Source: Oceanispirochaeta sp. (GTDB lineage: Bacteria > Spirochaetota > Spirochaetia > DSM-2461). From it: a stretch of DNA of 64,000 bases. The translations under genes and the position numbers were made by a program. The stretch is from positions 544,001-608,000 of the forward strand of contig CAXXOA010000002.1 of NCBI GenBank assembly GCA_963666275.2, given 5' to 3'. Positions 1 through 9,729 of the stretch are shown piece by piece (position 1 is the first letter of the stretch; the number at the start of each line of letters is the position of its first letter). Below the pieces are notes generated by a model that was not told where the DNA came from, searched no databases, and saw only the letters and a list, made by a program, of their open reading frames with translations.

Positions 1-149
1 ATCTGTTCAATCTGATGCTTTCTGTCTTCTATCTGTACGTTTTTAAAATCCGGAATGACAACTATGTGGATGGAATAGAGAAACAGCAGGAGAATGAGAC
101 TCCCGGAGAGGATAAAATAGTTTTTACTATTCCTGATAATAGACTTCAT
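1..149 (-). CDS. N-terminus of a membrane sensor protein (possible Cache-domain kinase or chemoreceptor), truncated by the window edge
   Basis: Manual translation MKSIIRNSKNYFILSGSLILLLFLYSIHIVVIPDFKNVQIEDRKHQIEQ: basic N-terminus, one TM helix, frame open to position 1. Confidence 0.5.
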   Translation of the reverse strand, partial: MKSIIRNSKNYFILSGSLILLLFLYSIHIVVIPDFKNVQIEDRKHQIEQ

Positions 150-201
150 ATTCTATATTCTCTATCAGGAATCCTTCGGGGTCAATAAAAGGTGGAAAAG
201 C

Positions 202-855
202 TCAGGCGATACCGAGGGACTTGGCTTCTTCCGTCTGAAGATAGAGTGTTGCGATGGTCTCTTTTTCATCTGTATCAATAGAGAACGCATCTGTCCCGAA
301 ACCCAGATTCTGCAGAAGCTGTATGATCATCACAAGGCCGAGTCCGGCTCCTTCTGTAGAATCCTCGACCAGCTGGAATGCATCGGGAACAGTCTTGTAC
401 TCTTTCATAATGTCAAATTTTTTCTGAATCCGGTGCTTTTCCTCGTCTGTCAGGAGCGTGTTGTTCCGGACTCTGATGCGGAGCTTTTCTCCCCTCAGAT
501 GAAAATCAATTTTAATATACAGTCCGGCTTTTTTCTGCTTAGCCTGGAATTTTTCAATTTTTGTAAAGGTTTCCTGCCGGAATGTTTCCAGGCCTCTGGC
601 ATACTCCTCGGGAGAGCTTATATCAAGCCCTTTATCCTGAAAGTACACCCGTTTGGTATTGGCGCGGTTGGCATTTCCCGCCAGCTCGTGGAGGCAGTAG
701 GAAACCTGATTCAGAAGATGGGGCTGTTTGATTTCGTGGAGATATTTTTTTAAAACATTATCGATATAGTTTCTTTCCCGTGAAAGGTATGAGACAGTTT
801 TAATAGTAAGAACTTTGGATTCACTAATCGCATATTCCACAAGGTTTGTGTTCAT
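202..855 (-). CDS. Stand-alone HATPase-like (GHKL) domain protein of the spirochaetal type
   Basis: N-box-like ELAGNANRAN and G-box EGAGLGL; resembles the N-terminal domain of spirochaete HDOD proteins. Confidence 0.65.
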   Translation of the reverse strand: MNTNLVEYAISESKVLTIKTVSYLSRERNYIDNVLKKYLHEIKQPHLLNQVSYCLHELAGNANRANTKRVYFQDKGLDISSPEEYARGLETFRQETFTKIEKFQAKQKKAGLYIKIDFHLRGEKLRIRVRNNTLLTDEEKHRIQKKFDIMKEYKTVPDAFQLVEDSTEGAGLGLVMIIQLLQNLGFGTDAFSIDTDEKETIATLYLQTEEAKSLGIA

Positions 856-1005
856 TTTTGGTTTTTTTCCTGCTGTTATGAGATTTTTTCATATTACCAT
901 TTCTTAAAGCATTTGCAATTCTTTTTTCTGTGCATCATGTTTTTTTAATGTATTTTTTAAAAACAGAGTCTTTTTATGAAAGAATGATTCATGCAGGGAG
1001 AATAT

Positions 1006-1590
1006 ATGAAATCTAAAATAAAGCTGGAATTTGACCAGATTACCACAAGGGGAGGGGACCATGGAGAAACCTCTTTATATAACGGGGAAAGGCGGCGAAA
1101 GGATGACCTGATATTTGATACTCTGGGTGATCTGGATGAGCTGAACAGCGCTCTGGGGGTTGTCAAAGCGGGAATCAGGCAATTCCCTCCTGTTGCGGCA
1201 GACAGTGAGAAGCTCAAAGTCTGGCTCGCATCCATCAATAGGATTCAGGCCCAGCTGATTCTGTTGAGCGGCATGGTTGCCAATCCCGACAACAGCAGAA
1301 AGATCCGGGACGGGGGAATTGCTGAAAAGGATATTGAAAACCTTGAAAAAGAGCAGAAAAGACTGATGAATGAGGTGTTTTTCCCCAGAGAATTCATTCT
1401 CCCCGGGGATTCCCTTGTCTCCGCCTGGATTGATATGGCCCGGACTATCTGCCGCCGTTGTGAACGGGATGTGGTGCGATGTATCCGGCAGGAAGTGATG
1501 CATCATCTGATTCCCTGCCAGATCTATCTGAACCGCCTGTCTGACTATCTCTTTGTGAGCGGGCGATACTGGGAACAGGTTTCCGGATAG
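1006..1590 (+). CDS. pduO: ATP:cob(I)alamin adenosyltransferase, PduO type
   Basis: TRGGDHGETSL, GDLDELNS, ARTICRRCER and YLNRLSDYLF motifs; RBS GGGAG precedes ATG 1006. Confidence 0.92.
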   Translation: MKSKIKLEFDQITTRGGDHGETSLYNGERRRKDDLIFDTLGDLDELNSALGVVKAGIRQFPPVAADSEKLKVWLASINRIQAQLILLSGMVANPDNSRKIRDGGIAEKDIENLEKEQKRLMNEVFFPREFILPGDSLVSAWIDMARTICRRCERDVVRCIRQEVMHHLIPCQIYLNRLSDYLFVSGRYWEQVSG

Positions 1591-1591
1591 A

Positions 1592-2314
1592 TCAGCAGTC
1601 TATCCCGGTGAGTATTCCATCAAGAATTTCTCCGCAGATTAGGGCCCCCCGGCTGTTGAGGTGGACACCGTCGATGGTATACACAAGGCCTCTCTCCCGG
1701 GAAGGCTCTTTGTTTCTGTCATTCTCAAGATCCATGGGAGATTGAAAGAGCCAGGTGGAGCCCGGTTGAATCGGTTCCAGTTCGCTGTTGAATCTTTCGC
1801 CCAGGTCGGCCAGATGGACAGGAGAGAGTAAGCTCTCTTCCTTCTGAATCTGACGGATAAGGCTGTTTATCTCGATCTTTTTTTTATGAAGAGGGTGTTC
1901 CAGATTTTCACTGAGCAGGGGGATCGTGAGTAGAATAATCTCCCTGACTCCCGCTCCCCGGGAAAGGGCAACTGCTTTTTTCAGAAGATCCCCGAATTCC
2001 TGCAGACTCTGCGCCGCGAGAATTTTGTGACGCTCCATATTCCGGATAAAAGGCCCCCACTGTTCGGGATGGTTCTCCTCCATGTAGGGGATGAGCAGAT
2101 CATTGGCCCCTCCGTCAAGCAGAAGTATCTCGGGTAGGTTTGTTCTGAGATGGACTTCCAGATTTCTGAGAATTCCGCTCATGGGCATTCCGTTCTGCCC
2201 CCGGTTTATCAGCCGGAACTGTTTTATCTTTTCAGAATGGTTCAGCGGAGACTCTCCGTATTGTCCGGCCAGGAGACTGTCTCCCACGGCAAGCAGTTTT
2301 TTCATAAGTTCCAT
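1592..2314 (-). CDS. SGNH/GDSL hydrolase
   Basis: GDSL block I, G block II, GANDLL block III, DGVH block V; RBS GAGGAGG. Confidence 0.88.
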   Translation of the reverse strand: MELMKKLLAVGDSLLAGQYGESPLNHSEKIKQFRLINRGQNGMPMSGILRNLEVHLRTNLPEILLLDGGANDLLIPYMEENHPEQWGPFIRNMERHKILAAQSLQEFGDLLKKAVALSRGAGVREIILLTIPLLSENLEHPLHKKKIEINSLIRQIQKEESLLSPVHLADLGERFNSELEPIQPGSTWLFQSPMDLENDRNKEPSRERGLVYTIDGVHLNSRGALICGEILDGILTGIDC

Positions 2315-2420
2315 TCCTCCTCATTACGATTTCATTTTTTATGTTTTCCCATTAGTATGGGAAGATCCGGCGGGTCATTCAAGCATCCGGGTAACCTTTT
2401 ATTTCACAGGAGACCTCTCC

Positions 2421-3659
2421 ATGAAAATCCTGCATACATCCGACTGGCATCTGGGACGTTCCCTTTACGGGAGAAAGCGCTATGAGGAATTCTCAGCATT
2501 TCTGGACTGGCTGGTTGAGACAATCCGGAAAGAACAGATCCATATCCTCCTGGTCGCTGGAGATATTTTTGATACAAGTACTCCCGGAAACCGGGCCCAG
2601 GAGCTTTATTACAGCTTCCTTTCGCAGGTCTCCGGGACCTGCTGCCGGCATATCGTTATTACAGGGGGCAATCATGACTCCCCCTCCTTTCTGGATGCCC
2701 CGAAAGGTCTTCTCAAGGCTATGAATGTCTATGTGACAGGATCCAGGACAGAGGATCCGGGGGATCAGGTTCTTCTCCTGCAGAAGGGGGATGATCCCGA
2801 GCTTATTGTCTGTGCGGTCCCCTACCTGCGCGACCGGGATATCAGAACCGCGTCGCCGGGGGAGACTCTTGATGAGAAAAACAGGAAACTCGTAGAGGGT
2901 GTAAGACAACATTATCAGGATGTCTGCAGGATTGCTCAGGAGCTGCAGTCCCGGCTTTCAGAAGAGGGAAAAGGGCTGATCCCCATCGCAGCAACAGGGC
3001 ATCTGTTTGCCGCCGGAGGGAGAACTCTTGAGGGAGACGGTGTCAGGGAACTCTATGTGGGGTCTCTGGCCCATGTCGGGGTGGATGTCTTTCCCTCCTG
3101 CATTGACTATCTGGCTCTGGGACACCTCCATATTCCCCAGGCTGTGGGAGGTAGGGAGCATATCCGCTATAGCGGCTCTCCCATCGCAATGGGGTTCAAT
3201 GAGGCCTCTCAGCAGAAAAAGGTTGTCCTTATAGATTTTGCCGGTGCCCAGCCGGATATCCGGGAACTTCCGATTCCCTGTTTCCAGCCTCTTGTCAGCC
3301 TTTCGGGGTCTCTGGAGGGTATTCTCTCCTCTCTTGTCTCCCTGAAGATGGAGGGCAGCTCCGCCTGGGTGGAGGTGGAATATACGGGCACAGAGGTGGT
3401 TCCGAATTTACGGGATTTGCTGGAAGAGACCCTGGATGGGGGGGACCTTGAGATTCTGAGGATCAAAAACCGCCGGGTGATGGAGGGTATCATCCGCAGG
3501 GCGTCCCATGAGGAGACACTGGATGATCTGGATGTGAAAGATGTCTTTCAGCGCTGTCTGGACGCCTATGAAGTCCCTGAAGGGGAAAGAGAGGAGCTGG
3601 ATGCCTCCTATAACGAGATAATCCTCTCTCTGCAGGAGGACGACAGGAATGCGGAATAG
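2421..3659 (+). CDS. sbcD: Exonuclease SbcCD, nuclease subunit
   Basis: MKILHTSDWHLG, AGDIFD, GNHDS, ALGHLH and RYSGSP motifs; RBS AGGAG before ATG 2421; directly upstream of sbcC. Confidence 0.96.
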   Translation: MKILHTSDWHLGRSLYGRKRYEEFSAFLDWLVETIRKEQIHILLVAGDIFDTSTPGNRAQELYYSFLSQVSGTCCRHIVITGGNHDSPSFLDAPKGLLKAMNVYVTGSRTEDPGDQVLLLQKGDDPELIVCAVPYLRDRDIRTASPGETLDEKNRKLVEGVRQHYQDVCRIAQELQSRLSEEGKGLIPIAATGHLFAAGGRTLEGDGVRELYVGSLAHVGVDVFPSCIDYLALGHLHIPQAVGGREHIRYSGSPIAMGFNEASQQKKVVLIDFAGAQPDIRELPIPCFQPLVSLSGSLEGILSSLVSLKMEGSSAWVEVEYTGTEVVPNLRDLLEETLDGGDLEILRIKNRRVMEGIIRRASHEETLDDLDVKDVFQRCLDAYEVPEGEREELDASYNEIILSLQEDDRNAE

Positions 3660-3671
3660 GGAGAGGCGGAT

Positions 3672-6600
3672 ATGAAGATACTGGAACTGCGGTTTAAAAA
3701 CCTCAATTCTCTCTACGGAGAGTGGATTCTGGACTTTACAGATCCCGAATATATTTCCAATGGGATTTTTGCTCTCACCGGACCTACCGGTGCGGGGAAG
3801 TCTACAATCCTTGATGCCCTCTGCCTGGCTCTTTACGGAGCCACCCCCCGGCTGGGAAAAATCACAAAGAGCGGCAATGATATCATGTCCCGTCAGACCG
3901 GAGAGTGTTATGCCGAAGTGCTCTTTGAATCCCGGGAGGGACGGTTCCGCTGTCACTGGGAACAGAGGCGGGCAAGAAAAAGTGCAGACGGGAAACTCCA
4001 GGATCAGGAGCATCAGATTGCCCGGGGGGATACGGGACAGCTTATAGAAACAAAGAAAAGCCTGGTCCTGAAGGTCATTGAAGAGAAAACAGGGATGGAT
4101 TTTGAACGCTTTACCCGGTCCATCCTGCTGGCTCAGGGCGGTTTTGATACCTTTCTGAAGGCGGAACTGGAAGAAAAATCCCGCCTGCTGGAACAGATTA
4201 CGGGAACCGGAATCTATTCAGAGATCTCCCGTAGAACCCATGAAAAGCTTCGTGAGGAAAGAGAGAGACTGACAATCCTTCAGGCTGAAACCTCTTCTAT
4301 CACAGTTCTTGAACCGGAACAGGAAAAAGAGCTTACCAGGGAACAGGAGGAGAACCGGATCACTCTGTCCCGCCTGAATGAGGAACAGGGGAAAACAGTG
4401 GATGCCCTTGGATGGCTGAAATCCCTGGAGGAGCTGAAAAAAGAGATTCAGACTCTTTCGGCCGAGTCAGAGGGAATTCAGAAAAGGATCAATGCCTTTG
4501 AACCGGAGCGGAAGAAACTGGAGCTGGCTCAGAAGGCGGGAACTCTGGAAGGGGCCTATGCGGAACTGCAGGGGCTTCGCCGGCAGCAGGAGAAGGACAG
4601 GGCTCAGCTGGCCCGGGAGAAAGCCGCTCTGCCTGAACTGGAAGAAAAGGCTTTCTCTTTGGGAGAGGCCCTGAAAAAAGCGGAAAAAGCTGTTTCGGCG
4701 GCGAAAGATCAGATGAAAGAAGAGCAGCCGCATCTGCAGAGGGTCCGCTCCCTTGATCAGAGGCTTCAGGAACTGGGACAAGCTGTCCGGGCGCTTCAGG
4801 AGAACTGCCAACGTGACTCTTCTGCTGTGAATGCAGACAGAATCCGGAGGGCCGAATTTGAAGCGAAGGGGAAAAAGGCTGAAGAGAAAAAGCGGGCCTT
4901 TGAAAGATATCTGAAAGAGAACAGTCAGGACGAATGGCTTGTCAGCGGTCTGACCGGAATTGAGGAAAAACTGGACACCCTGCTTTCCCGCCGTAAGGGA
5001 ATCGAAGAGAAATCCCGGGACCAGGAGAGGAGCGAAGCAGATCTGCAGAAGGCCTTTCTGAAAACTGATGAAGCAAAAAAATCTCTTTCCGAAAGCCGGC
5101 AGAAGATGGAAGGGAAGAAGAAAGAGCTGACAGGGAGCAGAGAGGAGTATCTGAAACTTCTGGGAGAGAAGGCTCTGAGAGAGTACAGGGCTGAAAAGGA
5201 TGCCCTGTACAGGGAGAGAGAGCTTTTAAAAAGAATCGAAGAGCTAGAGACTCACAGGGCCCATCTGGAAGATGGAAAGCCCTGTCCCCTCTGCGGATCG
5301 GAAGAGCATCCCTATGCCCGGGGGAATGTCCCTGTCCCTGATGAAATTGATACGAAAATCAACGGAATAACCCAACTTATAGACCGGGCGGAAGACCTTG
5401 AAGCTGAAATAAGGAGTCAGGAACAGACACTCGGGGAGTCTGAAAAGACTCTGAAAGACTGTGAAAAGATGGAAGCCCTGGCAGAACGGGAACGGATCTC
5501 TGCAGAGATGAGCCGGAATGAAATTCAGGAGAGTCTTGAAAAGCTGAGAGCGGATTTCACAGAATTGAAAGAGGCTGTGCTGGAGATCCTGAAACCCTAC
5601 GGTATCCGGGATTTTCAGGAATCGGGCATTGAATCTCTCCGGCAGAATCTGAGACAGCGTCTGAAGAAATGGCAGGAAACAGTCAGAGCCAGAGCAGATG
5701 CTGATCTTGCAATGGCAGATATTCACAGTGAAATTAAAAGTCTGGATGGGGTTCTTGAGACACGGCTCAGCACGCTGGAACAATTTCAAAAAGAGCTGGA
5801 ATCCCGGAAAAAACAGCAGGCGCAGGTACAGGAAGAGAGACGGACTCTTTTCGGGGAGAAAGATCCCGACCGGGAGGAGGCCCGTTTGCACCAGTCTCTT
5901 TCCGAGGCGGAAGAGGCTGAGAAAAGCTGCCGGGCGAGGAATTCTCAGGTTCTGGAAACACTGGCCGGGCTCCGGGCAAATGCCGCTTCTCTGGAAGCAA
6001 GGATCTCTGCAGGAGAACCTGAACTGGGCAGCTGTGAAGAAAAGTTCTCAAGGGAACTGAAATCAGCAGGCTTTTCTGATGAAAGAGAATACCTCAATGC
6101 GTCCATGCCAGCCCGAGACCGGGAACTGCTGACCCGGCAGGCGGCTGCTCTGGAGGAATCCCGGGTGGAAGTGAAAACAAAAAGGAAGGACAGGGAAAAC
6201 AGGCTCGAAACCGAATTGTCCAGAAAGATCACAGATCTGTCCCGGGAGGTGCTTGAAAGGCAGCTCAAAGAGTCAGAGGAACGTCTTAATACTCTCAATG
6301 ACAGGATTGCCGGGATCAGGCACCGTCTCAATGAGAACAGGATGGCCCGGGAGAATATGAAAACCAGACTGGAGGGAATCGAGGCCCAGAAGAGGGAAGT
6401 CCTGCGCTGGGAGAAGCTCCACAGTCTTATCGGATCGGCTGACGGAAAGAAGTTCAGAAACTTTGCCCAGGGCCTGACATTTGAGCTCATGGTGTCCCAT
6501 GCCAACAGACAGCTGGAGAAAATGACGGACCGGTATCTTCTTCTCCGGGATGATCAGCAGCCTCTGGAGCTGAATGTGATCGACAACTATCAGGCCGGAG

Positions 6601-6920
6601 AGATCCGGTCTACCAGGAACCTGTCGGGCGGGGAGAGTTTTATTGTGAGCCTGTCTCTGGCTCTGGGACTCTCCCGTATGGCAAGCCGGAAAGTCAGGGT
6701 TGACTCCCTTTTCCTGGATGAAGGGTTTGGAACCCTTGATGAAGATGCTCTGGAAACCGCACTGGAAACTCTTTCCAACCTCCATCAGGAGGGCAAACTG
6801 ATAGGGATTATCTCCCATGTTCCGGCTCTGAAAGAGAGGATTACCACTCAGGTGACGATCAGTCCCGTTTCGGGCGGCCGCAGCGGGGTTTCCGGTCCCG
6901 GTTGCCGCAGAATCTCCTGA
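3672..6920 (+). CDS. sbcC: Exonuclease SbcCD, SMC-like ATPase subunit
   Basis: Walker A GPTGAGKS, long coiled coil with zinc hook CPLCG, signature LSGGE, Walker B FLDEGFG. Confidence 0.96.
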   Translation: MKILELRFKNLNSLYGEWILDFTDPEYISNGIFALTGPTGAGKSTILDALCLALYGATPRLGKITKSGNDIMSRQTGECYAEVLFESREGRFRCHWEQRRARKSADGKLQDQEHQIARGDTGQLIETKKSLVLKVIEEKTGMDFERFTRSILLAQGGFDTFLKAELEEKSRLLEQITGTGIYSEISRRTHEKLREERERLTILQAETSSITVLEPEQEKELTREQEENRITLSRLNEEQGKTVDALGWLKSLEELKKEIQTLSAESEGIQKRINAFEPERKKLELAQKAGTLEGAYAELQGLRRQQEKDRAQLAREKAALPELEEKAFSLGEALKKAEKAVSAAKDQMKEEQPHLQRVRSLDQRLQELGQAVRALQENCQRDSSAVNADRIRRAEFEAKGKKAEEKKRAFERYLKENSQDEWLVSGLTGIEEKLDTLLSRRKGIEEKSRDQERSEADLQKAFLKTDEAKKSLSESRQKMEGKKKELTGSREEYLKLLGEKALREYRAEKDALYRERELLKRIEELETHRAHLEDGKPCPLCGSEEHPYARGNVPVPDEIDTKINGITQLIDRAEDLEAEIRSQEQTLGESEKTLKDCEKMEALAERERISAEMSRNEIQESLEKLRADFTELKEAVLEILKPYGIRDFQESGIESLRQNLRQRLKKWQETVRARADADLAMADIHSEIKSLDGVLETRLSTLEQFQKELESRKKQQAQVQEERRTLFGEKDPDREEARLHQSLSEAEEAEKSCRARNSQVLETLAGLRANAASLEARISAGEPELGSCEEKFSRELKSAGFSDEREYLNASMPARDRELLTRQAAALEESRVEVKTKRKDRENRLETELSRKITDLSREVLERQLKESEERLNTLNDRIAGIRHRLNENRMARENMKTRLEGIEAQKREVLRWEKLHSLIGSADGKKFRNFAQGLTFELMVSHANRQLEKMTDRYLLLRDDQQPLELNVIDNYQAGEIRSTRNLSGGESFIVSLSLALGLSRMASRKVRVDSLFLDEGFGTLDEDALETALETLSNLHQEGKLIGIISHVPALKERITTQVTISPVSGGRSGVSGPGCRRIS

Positions 6921-6925
6921 GGGAT

Positions 6926-8074
6926 CTAGTGCTTTGTAAGATAATCCTTCAGAACATCCAGAACAGATGAAATTTCATGGGATGTGGTGAACTCTCCGGG
7001 AGAGAACCGGATTGTTCCGCCTCCCTCCAGGGTTCCCAGGGTTTTATGGGCTCCCGGTGCACAGTGAAGGCCCGAACGGACGGCAATCTGATTCCTGTTG
7101 AGATGGGCTGTAAGCTCTGTCAGAGAGGACTGAACCGGAACCACCGAGACTACCGTGGTAAAGGAAAGGTCCCTCCTTTCCGGGGGATGTCCTATGATCC
7201 GCAGGCCCGGTAGATCTCTCAGTCCGGTAAGCAGCGATTCAAAAGTGCTGCTCCTTTCCCCCCGCGGAAAGTTCTTAAGATAGTTCATACTGTGAAGCCA
7301 GCCGGCCAGTCCGGGAATATTGGGGGTACCGCTTTCAAATTTGTCGGGGACCCATTCCGGTTGGATCTCTTCGCTGGAACGGCTGCCGGTTCCTCCTCTT
7401 TTCAGAGGAGGCAGCCTGTCAGGATCTTTAATATAAAGCGCTCCGGTTCCCGCAGGGGCGAGAAGGCCCTTGTGGCCGGAAAGGCAGAGAAAGTCTATGC
7501 CCCATTGTTCGGGAAGAAGCTTTGTCTCTCCCGCGGCCTGGGCGGCGTCAATGCAGACAGGAACTCCCTGCTTTGCCGCCAGATGACAGATCTCCTCCAC
7601 AGGATAGATCAGGCCGTTCACATTGGAAGCTGCAGTCATCACGATGAGCCGGGGAGATGTGTCCCTGAGTCGGTTTTCCAGGGTTTTCATATCAATGGCA
7701 CCCGTTTCGGGATCGCCGGGCAGACGATCTATCCGGATATTCCGTCTTTCCGCCAGGTCTGAAAGGGGGCGCATGACGGCATTGTGTTCCATAGGGCCGG
7801 TGATCACAAGATCTCCCTCTCCCAGATAGCCGTACAGGACCGTATTGAGAGACTCTGTTGTTCCCGAGGTGAAAAGGATTCCTGCGCTGTCCCGGATGGA
7901 AAAGTACTCCGCCAGGTGTTCTCGCAGTTCAAAGAGAATCCGATCGGCCTGAATCCCCGCACTGTGGGAGGTCCGGCCGGGGTTTCCCATAGGTTTCAGA
8001 AGTGTTTCTGCTACAGCTTCCGCACAGCCCGGAGCTTTCGGCCAGGATGTGGCGGCATTGTCCAGGTAGATCAA
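6926..8074 (-). CDS. Class V aminotransferase, cysteine desulfurase/selenocysteine lyase-like
   Basis: IYLDNAATS, EHNAV, DAAQ, PLP lysine in SGHKG, ESGTPN, RSGLHCAP; overlaps the yqeB stop. Confidence 0.9.
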   Translation of the reverse strand: MIYLDNAATSWPKAPGCAEAVAETLLKPMGNPGRTSHSAGIQADRILFELREHLAEYFSIRDSAGILFTSGTTESLNTVLYGYLGEGDLVITGPMEHNAVMRPLSDLAERRNIRIDRLPGDPETGAIDMKTLENRLRDTSPRLIVMTAASNVNGLIYPVEEICHLAAKQGVPVCIDAAQAAGETKLLPEQWGIDFLCLSGHKGLLAPAGTGALYIKDPDRLPPLKRGGTGSRSSEEIQPEWVPDKFESGTPNIPGLAGWLHSMNYLKNFPRGERSSTFESLLTGLRDLPGLRIIGHPPERRDLSFTTVVSVVPVQSSLTELTAHLNRNQIAVRSGLHCAPGAHKTLGTLEGGGTIRFSPGEFTTSHEISSVLDVLKDYLTKH

Positions 8075-9693
8075 CGGGAGCCGCCGGAGAGGAGCTCCGG
8101 ACTCAGCTGCAGGATGGCTTCCAGAACGCCTCCCGCTATTGCCCGGGCTTTGTCGGAAATGATCCGGCAGTAGGTGACATCCCCCCTGGGGTCGACATCG
8201 GCAATTTTAAAGCCCCTGGTCACCTCTGCTCCCCCGGCGATCATACCGCGCACCACGCCGTCCAGAGGGCTGAGAACTTCTTCTGAGCCCACCTTCAGGA
8301 TTACCTCTCCCTTTGAGACAAGGGAGCCAATATCTTTTAGAACCTTTACCTGTCCTTCAGAAGGTGCCCGGACAACCCGGTCTGCGGTATGACCGGCAAT
8401 ATTTCCGGGAATCCCCGTATTGGGAGCCGCAGGCCCGTCATGAATGACCTTGCCCAGGTTATGTCCCCGGTTGGTCTCTATGACCGCATGGACATCCTCC
8501 CCTGCTGAAAACCCGGGTCCCAGTCCGATCACCACGGGAGCCATGTCCCTCCGGGTTCCCAGGTTTTTTTTGGCAATAATGGCATCCACTACAATCAGGG
8601 GGGCCAGTTTTTTTATCCAATGGCCCTCCGGATCGGGGATGATTGGAATTTTACCCGTGTTCCAGGCCTTCTTGATATCCTCTTCCGTCTCGGCTAGAAC
8701 CGCGGTAATCCCTTCCACGGTGACTTCCCTGTCAAAGACAGCCTGAGCAAAGGACACAGTCCTTCTTATCACTGTAGGATGGGACGTTTCCAGAGCGGCA
8801 ACCCGGAATCCGCAGCGGAACAGTTTGCTGATTGTTCCCGTTGCCAGATCTCCGGCACCCCTGACAATCGCCAGAGGAGGGAGGGCTTTTCTGTTCCCTG
8901 CGAGGGAGCGGCCGGAACCGCCCGACTGCACCTGCATTATCTCTGCCATGATACTCAGGGCGATTTCCTCGGGAGTTTCCGTTCCGATATCCAGTCCCAC
9001 CGGAGCGTAAACCCTCTGCAGATCCTTTTCTTGAAACCCCTGATGAAGCATTTTTTCAAAAAAGAGTTTCACTTTCCTTTTGCTTCCCAGCATGCCTATA
9101 TAGACGGCTTCTGTGGAGAGGGCTTCTCTGAGAGCCGAGTCATCATGATTATGGGTGGCAATAAGGATCGCTGTCTTCTCTGTTATCCACCCTTTCTCCC
9201 GGGCCGAACGGAATAGGTCCGCAGAACTGTCTCCCTCCAGTCTGCCCAGGGCTCCGGGGAATCTTTCGGGAGTGGCGATTCCCTTCCGGGTATCTGCCAC
9301 GATATAGGGAAAGTTCAGATAGTCGGCCAGTCTGGAAAGGGCCAGATTGACATGCCCCCCTCCCGCCAGAAAGAGTGCCGGTCGGGGTGTGAAGACTTCC
9401 ACGAAAAATTCCATATCTCCCCCGCATACCATATCGATGCTGGAGGAGGATGTGCCGCTGTCCAGTTTGTAGGCAACCATCCGGGATTCTCCTGTTTTCA
9501 GAGATTTCCGGGCCTCTTCCATTACCATCTGTTCCGCCGGGCCTCCCCCGACGGTACCGAAAATTTCCCCCTCAGGCAGAACAATCATCCTCCCCTTGTT
9601 TCTGGGAGCAGAGCCCCTGGATGAGGTTATGGTAATCATGGCAAAGGCTTTGTTGTCCTTTTCCAGTTGAGCGGCTTTATCAAAAAGAGACAT
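8071..9693 (-). CDS. yqeB: XdhC/CoxI-YqeB fusion, selenium-dependent molybdenum hydroxylase accessory protein
   Basis: N-terminal XdhC motifs (GSAPR, GTVGGG, MVCGG, YIGMLGS, APVGLDIG.ETPEEIA) and C-terminal YqeB motifs (VRGAGDLATG, IRRTVSFA, ETNRGH, SDKARAIAGGVLEA). Confidence 0.92.
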   Translation of the reverse strand: MSLFDKAAQLEKDNKAFAMITITSSRGSAPRNKGRMIVLPEGEIFGTVGGGPAEQMVMEEARKSLKTGESRMVAYKLDSGTSSSSIDMVCGGDMEFFVEVFTPRPALFLAGGGHVNLALSRLADYLNFPYIVADTRKGIATPERFPGALGRLEGDSSADLFRSAREKGWITEKTAILIATHNHDDSALREALSTEAVYIGMLGSKRKVKLFFEKMLHQGFQEKDLQRVYAPVGLDIGTETPEEIALSIMAEIMQVQSGGSGRSLAGNRKALPPLAIVRGAGDLATGTISKLFRCGFRVAALETSHPTVIRRTVSFAQAVFDREVTVEGITAVLAETEEDIKKAWNTGKIPIIPDPEGHWIKKLAPLIVVDAIIAKKNLGTRRDMAPVVIGLGPGFSAGEDVHAVIETNRGHNLGKVIHDGPAAPNTGIPGNIAGHTADRVVRAPSEGQVKVLKDIGSLVSKGEVILKVGSEEVLSPLDGVVRGMIAGGAEVTRGFKIADVDPRGDVTYCRIISDKARAIAGGVLEAILQLSPELLSGGSR

Positions 9694-9729
9694 AATCCCT
9701 CCTGTTTGTATGTATATAATCCCAGTGTA

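Noticed and set aside
2091..2420. 110-codon N-terminal extension of sbcD in the ORF track
   Set aside because: Overlaps the GDSL gene on the opposite strand; the SbcD motif and RBS begin at 2421
3672..6920. SMC-like ATPase as part of a defence system such as Wadjet or Lamassu
   Set aside because: Paired with a canonical SbcD and has a zinc hook; ordinary SbcCD
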